Positions 36,401 through 43,719 of a DNA stretch of 64,000 nucleotides are shown one piece after another. Each line of letters opens with the position of its first letter. Within the stretch, counting starts at the first letter, position 1. Origin of the DNA: Candidatus Woesearchaeota archaeon. Its GTDB lineage: Archaea; Nanobdellota; Nanobdellia; Woesearchaeales; GW2011-AR4. The stretch is from assembly GCA_018303655.1 (NCBI GenBank), contig JAGVXT010000023.1:30394-94393 (forward strand). Reading direction: 5' to 3'. The notes beneath the pieces were generated by a model, which had not been told where the DNA came from, ran no database searches, and saw only the letters and a list, made by a program, of their open reading frames with translations. A program made the position numbers and the translations under genes.

Positions 36401-37091
36401 TGTTAATATAAAACAATGCAAAAGTAAAACTAGAAGTTAGCACTGGCAGCAAACTTAAGGATAAAAGACCTAGTGGAGGTAATTCAAACCCCCTATATGG
36501 TGGCCAACCCGGTATAAGCCAAGCCGGTGCCATGTCTAGCAGCCAAATAGCAAGGACTCCTGCGATGAAAAATCTTGAAATTTCATTTTTAGTAAATCCT
36601 GTAACAAGCCCCCATCCAATGAAAATCACTATTATAATTATTGCTAGTAACCCTACTATTGTAATACCAACACCAAGCACAAAAGTACGAAACCCATAAA
36701 TATTCTTATAATACGCTGATATAAACAAAATCAACCCCAGTAAAAACCACGCCCAAAAAGTCTTGCTTTTAGCTGTGTTAATGGTGATTTCTGTTGCGCG
36801 GTTTATAAGTGCATCTTTTTTTTCATTTACTGTGTTTCTTGCTCCTTGAATTCTGCCGCCTAAAGTTTGCCTTTGCCTTTCTTCTTGCCGATCTTCTTCT
36901 TCAATCCTTCGTCTTTCTATTTCCTCTTGTCTTTCTCTTGCAGATTCTGCTCTTTCTCTGGCTGCTGCTTCAGCTTGTTCTCTTGATAAGGCAAGTCTTT
37001 CACGCTCTAAAGAAAGTCTTCTCCTTTCAGCTTCTGCTGCCTCAGCCGCTTCCCTTCTAGCTCTTTCTCCTGGGGTTTCACGACGTGCCAA
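33483..37091 (-). CDS. 1202-aa envelope protein: Arg/Glu coiled-coil, ~12 TM helices, paralog-like ectodomain with Cys-rich insert, SLT lytic transglycosylase domain, FN3
   Basis: TTG start 6 nt after a GGTGA Shine-Dalgarno, with no in-frame ATG nearby. SLT motifs LTESRW, GVMQVN and AYNGWG at about 34020-34440. The C-terminal ~95 aa look FN3-like (WDKPSSPKVISYDV...YTYTVYAYN). Confidence 0.7.
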   Translation of the reverse strand: MARRETPGERARREAAEAAEAERRRLSLERERLALSREQAEAAARERAESARERQEEIERRRIEEEDRQEERQRQTLGGRIQGARNTVNEKKDALINRATEITINTAKSKTFWAWFLLGLILFISAYYKNIYGFRTFVLGVGITIVGLLAIIIIVIFIGWGLVTGFTKNEISRFFIAGVLAIWLLDMAPAWLIPGWPPYRGFELPPLGLLSLSLLPVLTSSFTFALFYINMVFKIIEKEYRAFILAFGIIIISNYFIPKIFPSYLNISFSIPLGQYGMILLFLFLGWLVWKFDRNYKEGEVAGLFSSLYAMFVFSFFWLNNGWQGNIRAWLHAIYIIFFGFVYIKQKERTQPYLTYLYMPSLLIIDFFGYGFLWNSEYLFLKFIPPLTLFVIPYCYVKESNEIDGKKKATYPVMAFILLVTFFLIMTVNVAGLETNTIPYIAKQGTTFTEFYSSFTANLKGFIEGRLDIATAGLYRGNVEKNRYESLGVYFGNIRASDPRFYTDEPITVWGTIRSKTYKDAVIVSFNCSRWKDSKRIYADKIIPEIKFPIFTLEEVDTQCTFLPKDENKIPAGANIVTLSAEYNFGTDSYLKTYFMDRERFRASSREGIDPLTQFGIKDKTPAAVFTNGPVEIGLGVGPLVTVSEGYAIKPIIGITLTNRKEIQDKDKKIITRWEGKIKNITELILLTPYGITLGTSDKLEKCEDPKTELEKLECPCSMPFKKYELTDCFGSCTNNVVVPCTVACSNVGGSDENKNNCIKECQTVFDKCNQECAFLFQTNEGEGSTQEKYNAYALDVGSKQFKDLNKDIDKSRSFVCRFEPSSAVLGDSPITTRYFRVRARYNYLLENSVTVNVEQLPVQLVETVPDWITKSAIEFKPGTDIYFPGLSMDLISALTLTESRWRHCCAESGKNHWSDCKASEDTSCGPDKILTSYDDTSVGVMQVNKIHEGLSTICTKGQTIYNKECNIKVGLKLLNEKYQKSKGGISSSSLEPFCPKWKYQDRHQKYLSYRDIKATLRAYNGWGCRPEAKCQKACANSKDYNKCFNGCVEGTINYVEKILDTANKIKNGVIIDKSGIGDYLSKEDVQFIRIESESGQTDTQNIPDISPIIVRASYDYQTQVVTIRWDKPSSPKVISYDVTRFSADEPEVIVQGCQDIKEDGSGNYCFDYGGLKLIVGKPYTYTVYAYNNEGQYSGTKEYMTK

Positions 37092-37196
37092 TCAAAATCA
37101 CCATTTTAGCCATTTTCAAAATAACAATCTCTAAAGAATTCTTCCCAAGCCACCTCTTCTTTTTTAATGGATTATGAAATAAAATAAGCATTATAA

Positions 37197-38369
37197 TTAA
37201 GCCAGTTCTATCTTTAGTTCAACAACTTCCATGTCTTCCAGAGGCTCGAGCCTCAGGTAATTGTTGCCTTCTGAAATCCTGCTGTTGATGTTCTTTGAAA
37301 ATGCTGCCTTGTCTGTTTCTATGGTTTCAATGTGCCCGTTGACATCAAGCTTTGCCCTTTTCTGTTTGTTGTCATCTACAAGCTTGATTGTCAATACCGC
37401 ATCATCATTTCCATTTCTTATGCTTTGGAACGCATCGCTGCTTACCTCAAAGAAGTATGTCTTTACAGCAGGCTCTTTGAACTCAAGAGCAATTCTTATC
37501 TGCTCTACAGAGTAGCTGCCTTTGGATGTCTTGAAAACAATGTTGTTCTCGCCTTCGTTCAATGCGCTTTTCGGCACGCTCTGCCTGTAGGCATTGTCGC
37601 ATACAGGAACTGAGGAAAAGAGCTTTTTGTTGTTTATATAAATATCAAGCGTTCCAAGATCATTCACATTGCCGCAGTATGGTATGAACTTGAGTGTGGC
37701 TTTGTCCATGCTGGAAAATTCTGAATCGCTTAATGTAAAGAGGTTTGTGCTTTCCTGTTTGCTTGTGTCTGTGATGTCGCCGATTATCCTAACGTTCTCA
37801 AGGCTGTACTCATTTGTTGTCCAGAACTTTAAACCGACAGAAGAAACGCTGAACTCAAGCAAATTTGTCTTTTGAAGCAGTTTCTTGTCAAGCTTTACAG
37901 GCTCTATAATTTCGCTTGTTAATTCATTCTCAAAAACAATCACATTATTCAGCTTTATGGTCAAAATGCCTTCTCTTTTCTTTGCTGTGAAGGAAACAAC
38001 TACATTGTCTGTGTTGTCGGGGTCTTCAAGCCAGAAATCAATCTTCTTTGCTTTTTTGTCAAACCATCCGCTTCTTACAATGAAAGGGTTTATCTTTTCC
38101 ATCTCCTTTGCATTGGTTGTCTCCACCAAGAATATGTTCGGGATTTCTTTCTCGTCTTCTAAGTTGCTGGATGTGCTGAGCATTCCCGGAAATGCCTTTA
38201 ACAGCACATTAGATGTGTCTCCTCCTGAAGTTGTCTCTGTTGCCCTTTCTTCAATAAGCTTCTTTCTTTCAGAGCTTGGCAAAAATACAATATAAAGAAT
38301 GATCAAGCCGGCGATGATAGCGACTAAAACCGCTGCATTCATGCCTCCTTGTGACTTCTTATGCATCAT
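37197..38369 (-). CDS. N-terminally anchored surface protein with three internal beta-rich repeats
   Basis: MMHKKSQGG followed by a 22-aa hydrophobic helix (anchor or class-III-like signal). Three ~85-aa modules each end in an ENVRI / EQIRI / ELKIE-type strand. Confidence 0.55.
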   Translation of the reverse strand: MMHKKSQGGMNAAVLVAIIAGLIILYIVFLPSSERKKLIEERATETTSGGDTSNVLLKAFPGMLSTSSNLEDEKEIPNIFLVETTNAKEMEKINPFIVRSGWFDKKAKKIDFWLEDPDNTDNVVVSFTAKKREGILTIKLNNVIVFENELTSEIIEPVKLDKKLLQKTNLLEFSVSSVGLKFWTTNEYSLENVRIIGDITDTSKQESTNLFTLSDSEFSSMDKATLKFIPYCGNVNDLGTLDIYINNKKLFSSVPVCDNAYRQSVPKSALNEGENNIVFKTSKGSYSVEQIRIALEFKEPAVKTYFFEVSSDAFQSIRNGNDDAVLTIKLVDDNKQKRAKLDVNGHIETIETDKAAFSKNINSRISEGNNYLRLEPLEDMEVVELKIELA

Positions 38370-38454
38370 AGCACCTTTTTTAAATTGATTTTACTACAAT
38401 AATGTGAATAACTTAACATAAACATATTTAAATGTTTTTATTTTAGTGTTGTAT

Positions 38455-39528
38455 ATGAAACTGCTGCATTCCAACTTAAAGAAAGGGGAAGTAAAGGTAA
38501 TGACGCAAAACCTTGATGATTTGTGGTATTTGAGCGCTATTATAGAGCCAAAGGACATTGTACAGGGAAAGACCTTGAGGAAGATAAAAGCAGCTTCAAG
38601 CGATGAAAAATCAAAAGAAGCTTCAAAAAAGCCTGTCTTTATAAGGATTGAAGTAGAAAAGGTTGAGTTCAGCAAATACTCCAATGTGCTGCGCGTTCTC
38701 GGCATTATAAAGGAAGCTCCTGAGGAGGTTCCGCTTGGAGAGCATCATACATTCAATGTGGATGACAACACTGCAATCACAATAATAAAGCAGGACTGGC
38801 TCAAGTACCAGCTTGACAAGCTGAAAGATGCTTGCTCAGAGAAGAAAAGCTCATTGCTGATATGCGTGCATGACAGGGAAGAAGCGTATTTTGCATTGTT
38901 TAAGAAATATGGATATGAGATTTTGACGCATATGCAAGGCGAGGTTCAAAAGAAAAGGGAGGAGAATATAAAGAAAGAGAATTTTTATTTGATAATCATA
39001 AACAAGTTAAAAGAGTATGTCGAAAGATACAAAATAAAACAGGTTATCTTGGCATCTCCGTCATTCTGGAAAGAGGACTTGATGAAGGAATTGAAAGACA
39101 ATGAATTAAAACAAAAGATAATTCTCGCAACATGCTCCTCAGCAACAAAAAACGGCATTGACGAAGTTATAAAAAGGCCTGAGGTGAGGGAAGCTTTAAA
39201 ACAGGAAAGGACAGCTAAAGAGATAAATAAAGTTGAAGAATTGTTCACAGAAATTGCAAAAAACAACCTTGCTGTTTATGGACTGGAAGAAACGCAAAAG
39301 GCTGCTGAAATCGGCGCTGTAAAGGAGCTTTTGATAACAGATTCATTTATAATAAAATCCAGAAATGAAAATTTTTATAATAATGTAGAGCATATTATGA
39401 AAACTGCTGACAAGGCAAAGGGAGAGGTTGAGGTAATAAGCTCCGAGCACGAAGCCGGAAAAAAGCTTGATGGATTGGGAGGAATTGCCGCAATCTTGAG
39501 GTTTAAGCTGAATTATACTCACGGATAA
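38455..39528 (+). CDS. pelA: Pelota (Dom34) ribosome-rescue factor
   Basis: N-terminal DDLWYLSAIIEPKD, central and eRF1-like C-terminal domains (ILASPSFWKEDL, LAVYGLEETQKAAEIGAV..LLITD). Start set at the ATG at 38455. Confidence 0.85.
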   Translation: MKLLHSNLKKGEVKVMTQNLDDLWYLSAIIEPKDIVQGKTLRKIKAASSDEKSKEASKKPVFIRIEVEKVEFSKYSNVLRVLGIIKEAPEEVPLGEHHTFNVDDNTAITIIKQDWLKYQLDKLKDACSEKKSSLLICVHDREEAYFALFKKYGYEILTHMQGEVQKKREENIKKENFYLIIINKLKEYVERYKIKQVILASPSFWKEDLMKELKDNELKQKIILATCSSATKNGIDEVIKRPEVREALKQERTAKEINKVEELFTEIAKNNLAVYGLEETQKAAEIGAVKELLITDSFIIKSRNENFYNNVEHIMKTADKAKGEVEVISSEHEAGKKLDGLGGIAAILRFKLNYTHG

Positions 39529-39532
39529 TAAT

Positions 39533-39557
39533 AATTGAGCAATAATTATGCTCAATT
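39533..39557 (+). terminator. hairpin immediately after the pelota stop
   Basis: AATTGAGCA-ataatta-TGCTCAATT, a perfect 9-bp stem followed by a T-rich tract. Confidence 0.35.
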
Positions 39558-39629
39558 ATTTGTTGCCTTTACTATATTAAGAAAGGTTTAAAAATAGTTT
39601 TAATAGACTATATTAAAAAGAGGTGTATT

Positions 39630-41591
39630 ATGTCTTACATTGACTCAATTCTGAAAGAAAACAGGATTTTCTATCCGAGCCATGAGTTCAGCAGGAAATC
39701 CCATATAAAAAAAATACAGGAATATTCAAGGATTTACAAAAAATCTATTGAGAAGCCTGAGGCTTTCTGGGCAGAAAAGGCTTCGCAGCTTGACTGGTTC
39801 AGGAAATGGGACATTGTTTTCAGGAATGACCAAGGTTTTTTCAAGTGGTTTGAAGGAGGCTACCTTAATGCCTGCCATAACTGCCTTGATAAGAACATCA
39901 AGTCAGGAAAAAAAGACAAGATTGCCTATATATGGGAGTCTGAATCAGGAGAGCACAAAACCTATACTTATGGGCAGTTATTGAAAGAAGTATGCAGGTT
40001 GGCAAATGTATTAAAGAAAAAAGGCGTTAAAAAAGGACATGTTGTTGAAATCTATTTGCCTATGATACCGGAATTGCCGATTGCAATGCTTGCATGCGCA
40101 AGGATTGGCGCAATACACTCTGTTGTTTTTGCAGGGTTTAGTTCTGATGCATTGAAAGACAGAATACAGGACTCAAATGCAGAGTTGCTGATAACAGCAA
40201 ACGGGAGCTTCAGAAACGGAAAGATATATCCGTTAAAGGACAATGCTGATATTGCCCTGAAGGATTGTCCTACAATAAAAAATGTTGTTGTTGTAAAAAG
40301 AGCAGATAATAATGTTAATATTGCTGATGGAAGGGATTTTTGGTGGCATGAATTAATTAATGAAAAAGATATTGATGATTTTTGCGAGCCTGAAAGCATG
40401 CACTCTGAGGAGTCATTATTTATTCTATATACAAGCGGCACAACAGGCAAGCCAAAGGGAATTCTGCATACACAAGCCGGCTATCTGCTTTTTGCTTATC
40501 AGACTTTCAAATGGATTTTTGACATAAAAGACAATGATATTTATTTCTGCACAGCAGACATTGGATGGATTACAGGCCATTCCTACATTGTTTATGGCGC
40601 ACTGTCAAATGCAGCAACTATTGTCATGTATGAGGGCTCTCCTACATATCCAAATCCAGACAGGTTCTGGCGCATAGTTGAAAAATTTAAAGTGACTATT
40701 TTTTACACAGCTCCCACAGCGATAAGGGCGCTTGCGAAAGAAGGTGATGAATGGCCAAGCAAATGCAACTTAAGCAGCTTGAGATTGCTTGGCACAGTCG
40801 GCGAGCCGATAAACCCGGAAGCCTGGATGTGGTATCACAACATAATTGGAAAAAATAAATGCCCGGTAGTTGACACCTGGTGGCAAACCGAAACAGGCGG
40901 GATTATGATATCACCATTGCCAGGCGCAACTCCACTAAAGCCAGGATCCGCAACAAAGCCGTTTTTTGGAATAATTGCAGATGTCTTGAGGGAGGATGGA
41001 AGCAAAGCAAATGTCAATGAAGGGGGTTATTTAGTCATTAAAAATCCATGGCCTGGCATGCTGAGAACTGTATGGAATGATCCTGAAAGGTACAAGCACA
41101 CATATTTTGAAAAATTTGGAGTGTATTTGACAGGAGACAGCGCAAAGATCGATGAAGATGGCTATTTCTGGATCATGGGCAGGATTGATGATGTAATAAA
41201 AGTTGCAGGCCATAGAATTGGGAGCGCAGAGGTTGAAAGCTCTTTAGTCAGCCATGAGTCAGTTGCAGAAGCAGCTGTTGTGCCGTTTCCACATGAAATA
41301 AAAGGCCAGGCAATTTATGCCTTTGTTGTTTTAAAGAAAGGAATAAAAAAAAGCGAGGAATTGAAAGAAAAATTAAAAAATCATGTTTCGCAGCATATTG
41401 GCCCGATTGCAAAGCCCGATAAAATACAATTTGCAGATGACCTTCCAAAAACAAGAAGCGGCAAGATAATGAGGCGAATTCTGAAAGCTATAGCAGAAGG
41501 CTCAGCAGATTATGGCAATATAATGACCTTGGCAGACCCGAGCGTTGTTGATAATCTTGCAAAGAATAGAGTGAAGAAGCGATACATTTAA
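39630..41591 (+). CDS. acs: acetyl-CoA synthetase (AMP-forming)
   Basis: 653 aa. YTSGTTGKPKG, WWQTETGG, YLTGD, PKTRSGKIMRR; full-length Acs architecture. Confidence 0.9.
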   Translation: MSYIDSILKENRIFYPSHEFSRKSHIKKIQEYSRIYKKSIEKPEAFWAEKASQLDWFRKWDIVFRNDQGFFKWFEGGYLNACHNCLDKNIKSGKKDKIAYIWESESGEHKTYTYGQLLKEVCRLANVLKKKGVKKGHVVEIYLPMIPELPIAMLACARIGAIHSVVFAGFSSDALKDRIQDSNAELLITANGSFRNGKIYPLKDNADIALKDCPTIKNVVVVKRADNNVNIADGRDFWWHELINEKDIDDFCEPESMHSEESLFILYTSGTTGKPKGILHTQAGYLLFAYQTFKWIFDIKDNDIYFCTADIGWITGHSYIVYGALSNAATIVMYEGSPTYPNPDRFWRIVEKFKVTIFYTAPTAIRALAKEGDEWPSKCNLSSLRLLGTVGEPINPEAWMWYHNIIGKNKCPVVDTWWQTETGGIMISPLPGATPLKPGSATKPFFGIIADVLREDGSKANVNEGGYLVIKNPWPGMLRTVWNDPERYKHTYFEKFGVYLTGDSAKIDEDGYFWIMGRIDDVIKVAGHRIGSAEVESSLVSHESVAEAAVVPFPHEIKGQAIYAFVVLKKGIKKSEELKEKLKNHVSQHIGPIAKPDKIQFADDLPKTRSGKIMRRILKAIAEGSADYGNIMTLADPSVVDNLAKNRVKKRYI

Positions 41592-41743
41592 ATATTAGTT
41601 ATCTATATAGTGTAATAACTCATCAGTTAATATAACTAATTACCATTTTGTAATGGAATTACTACTAACTGATAAAAAATAATAACATTTTAATAGTAGT
41701 GGTTTTTATCCCCTACCCAATAATAAAAGGGGGGTGTGTTTAA

Positions 41744-42542
41744 ATGATAGTTAAAGATGAATTTTTGGGCAAACTGAGGGGGTTCTTTTCACTGAACCTT
41801 TACGAAGTAAAGATATGGACTGCTTTGCTTAGCAGGGGGGTTTCTACAGCAGGAGAGCTTTCTGATATAGCAAACGTGCCAAGAAGCAGAAGCTACGAAA
41901 AAAGGGTTTGTTGTGATGAAGCTAGGCAAGCCTATAAAATATATTGCTGTGCCTCCAAAAGAGGTTGTTGAGAGAGTAAAGAAAAACGTGCAGGATTATG
42001 CAAAGGAAGAGGTGAAAAAATTAAGTGACTTGAAAAATACAGAGGTTATTGATGAATTAAGCACTCTGCATACTCAAGGCGTTGAACTTATTGAGCCAGC
42101 TGATTTAAGTGGTTCCTTAAGGGGAAGGCATAATTTGTACAACCATTTGGAATTGACAATAAGGAATGCAGAGGAAAGCGTCACATTGATGACAACTTCC
42201 CAAGGATTTTTAAGAAAGGTTGAGGGCTTAAAACCAACTTTTGAAAAATTAAAGAAAAGGGGAGTTAAGATAAGAATAGCTGCTCCTCTTACAAAAGAGT
42301 CGTTGCCTGCCTTGAAAGAGCTGCAAGGGATTGCAGAAGTCAGGAACACAGACAATAGAGCAAGATTCTGCATTGTTGACGGCAAGGAGATGATATTTAT
42401 GGTTTTGGATGACAATGAAGTCCATCCAACATATGATGTTGGCATTTGGGTCAACACTCCGTTCTTTGCAAGCGCCCTTGAAAACCTGTTCGAGCTTGCG
42501 TGGAAAAACATGAAGCCCGCATCTGAAGTTGTAAAAAGATAA
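41744..42542 (+). pseudogene. TrmB-like regulator interrupted by a frameshift inside the wHTH
   Basis: Frame 1 gives LYEVKIWTALLSRGVSTAGELSDIANVPRSRSYE, then nonsense. The +1 frame continues KKGFVVMKLGKPIKYIAVPP and on to the end. The switch is at the A6 run at 41898-41903. Confidence 0.55.
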
Positions 42543-42613
42543 TTCTTCTTTTTTATTTTAATTTTTAATGCAAAAGTATAAAAAATAAGGCTAATTCTAT
42601 ATACATAAATAAG

Positions 42614-43459
42614 ATGGCAAAAAAATACCTTGTTTCAGGTTTAAATCAAAAAGCAAAAGAATTAAGAAAGGACATCATAACTATGATTTACAATGCCCAA
42701 TCCGGCCATCCTGGAGGGTCATTAAGCGCGATTGATGTTCTTGTTGGATTGTATTACCACAAATTAAGGGTTGATTCCAAAAATCCTTTGTGGCAGGACA
42801 GGGACAGGTTTGTGCTCAGCAAAGGCCATTGCAGCCCTGCAATATACTCTGTTCTGGCTGACAAAGGCTACTTTCCAAAATCTGAACTTGAAGGATACAG
42901 AAAAATCAACAGTATGCTTCAGGGACATCCTGAGTTAAGCACGCCAGGAATTGATTTTGCAGGCGGGGCGCTTGGCCAGGGTGTTTCGTTTGCGCTTGGA
43001 ATTGCGCTTGCTTGCAGATTGGATAAAAAAAATTGCAGTGTTTATGCTATGATTGGCGATGGCGAAATGCAGGAAGGCGCTGTATGGGAAGCTGCGATGG
43101 CGGCTGTTTTCCACAAACTGGACAATTTAATTGTTATTCTTGACAAAAACCAGGTGCAGCAGACAGGAAAAACCAAAGAGATTATGGACATTGGGAATGC
43201 TGGCCTGAAATGGAAGGCATTTGGGTGGAATGTCATAGACATCAACGGGCATGACATGCAGCAGATTTTGAAAGCCCTTGACAAAGCCTCTAAAATAAAG
43301 AATAAGAAACCTACAATTATTATTTCAAACACCATCAAGGGAAAAGGCGTTTCATTCATGGAACTTAATCATAAGTTTCATGGCAAAGCACCAAATGATG
43401 AAGAGTACAAAAAGGCAATTGAAGAGATAGAAAAGATTGATGTTAAAAAGTTTAAGTAA
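42614..43459 (+). CDS. transketolase, N-terminal (TPP-binding) subunit
   Basis: GHPGGSLS, LSKGH, GDGEMQEG motifs in a 281-aa split-type subunit. Confidence 0.9.
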   Translation: MAKKYLVSGLNQKAKELRKDIITMIYNAQSGHPGGSLSAIDVLVGLYYHKLRVDSKNPLWQDRDRFVLSKGHCSPAIYSVLADKGYFPKSELEGYRKINSMLQGHPELSTPGIDFAGGALGQGVSFALGIALACRLDKKNCSVYAMIGDGEMQEGAVWEAAMAAVFHKLDNLIVILDKNQVQQTGKTKEIMDIGNAGLKWKAFGWNVIDINGHDMQQILKALDKASKIKNKKPTIIISNTIKGKGVSFMELNHKFHGKAPNDEEYKKAIEEIEKIDVKKFK

Positions 43460-43468
43460 AACAACCGT

Positions 43469-43697
43469 TCCGCCAGTTGACGGCGGGAAACTATCGAAAA
43501 TGCTTTGCATTTTCGGAAATTGCGACTACGTCGCAAATTGGAGAATTTAAGGAATTCTCCAAAGTCCCAAAAACCTTTGGTTTTTGATACTTTTTTGCGA
43601 AAAAATTTTCATCAAATGTCGAAAATCAGAGATTTTCGAGCACGACCGAAAATTGCAAAGCAATTTATCGGCGAAATGTACCATCTTCGATGGCACG
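43469..43697 (+). repeat. hairpin-array repeat, copy C (about 9 consecutive short hairpins)
   Basis: Successive stems: CCGCC/GGCGG, TCGAAAATGC-ttt-GCATTTTCG, TTGCGAC-tac-GTCGCAA, GGAGAATT-taagg-AATTCTCC, CAAAAACC-ttt-GGTTTTTG, TTTTTT-gcg-AAAAAA, TCGAAAATC-aga-GATTTTCGA, CCGAAAATTGC-aaa-GCAATTTATCGG, CCATC-ttc-GATGG. Confidence 0.75.
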
Positions 43698-43719
43698 AAA
43701 AATAAAAGATTAAATAAAA

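Noticed and set aside
36790-37091. Purine-rich repetitive DNA at the 5-prime end of the giant gene considered as a non-coding tandem repeat
   Set aside because: No exact nucleotide period is visible. The pattern is explained by Arg/Glu/Ala codon repetition in an open frame that continues into the TM region.
41592-41743. Long imperfect inverted repeat (CAGTTAATATAACTAATTACCATT / AATGGAATTACTACTAACTG) after acs, considered as a mobile-element terminus
   Set aside because: There is only one copy in the window, no transposase or target duplication, and the sequence is AT-rich. It is most simply a terminator or leader structure for the downstream TrmB-like gene.
43469-43697. Hairpin arrays considered as a degenerate CRISPR array
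   Set aside because: There is no constant direct repeat alternating with unique spacers of fixed length. The units are different palindromes lying back to back, and no cas genes other than a solo Cas4-like gene 16 kb away are present.
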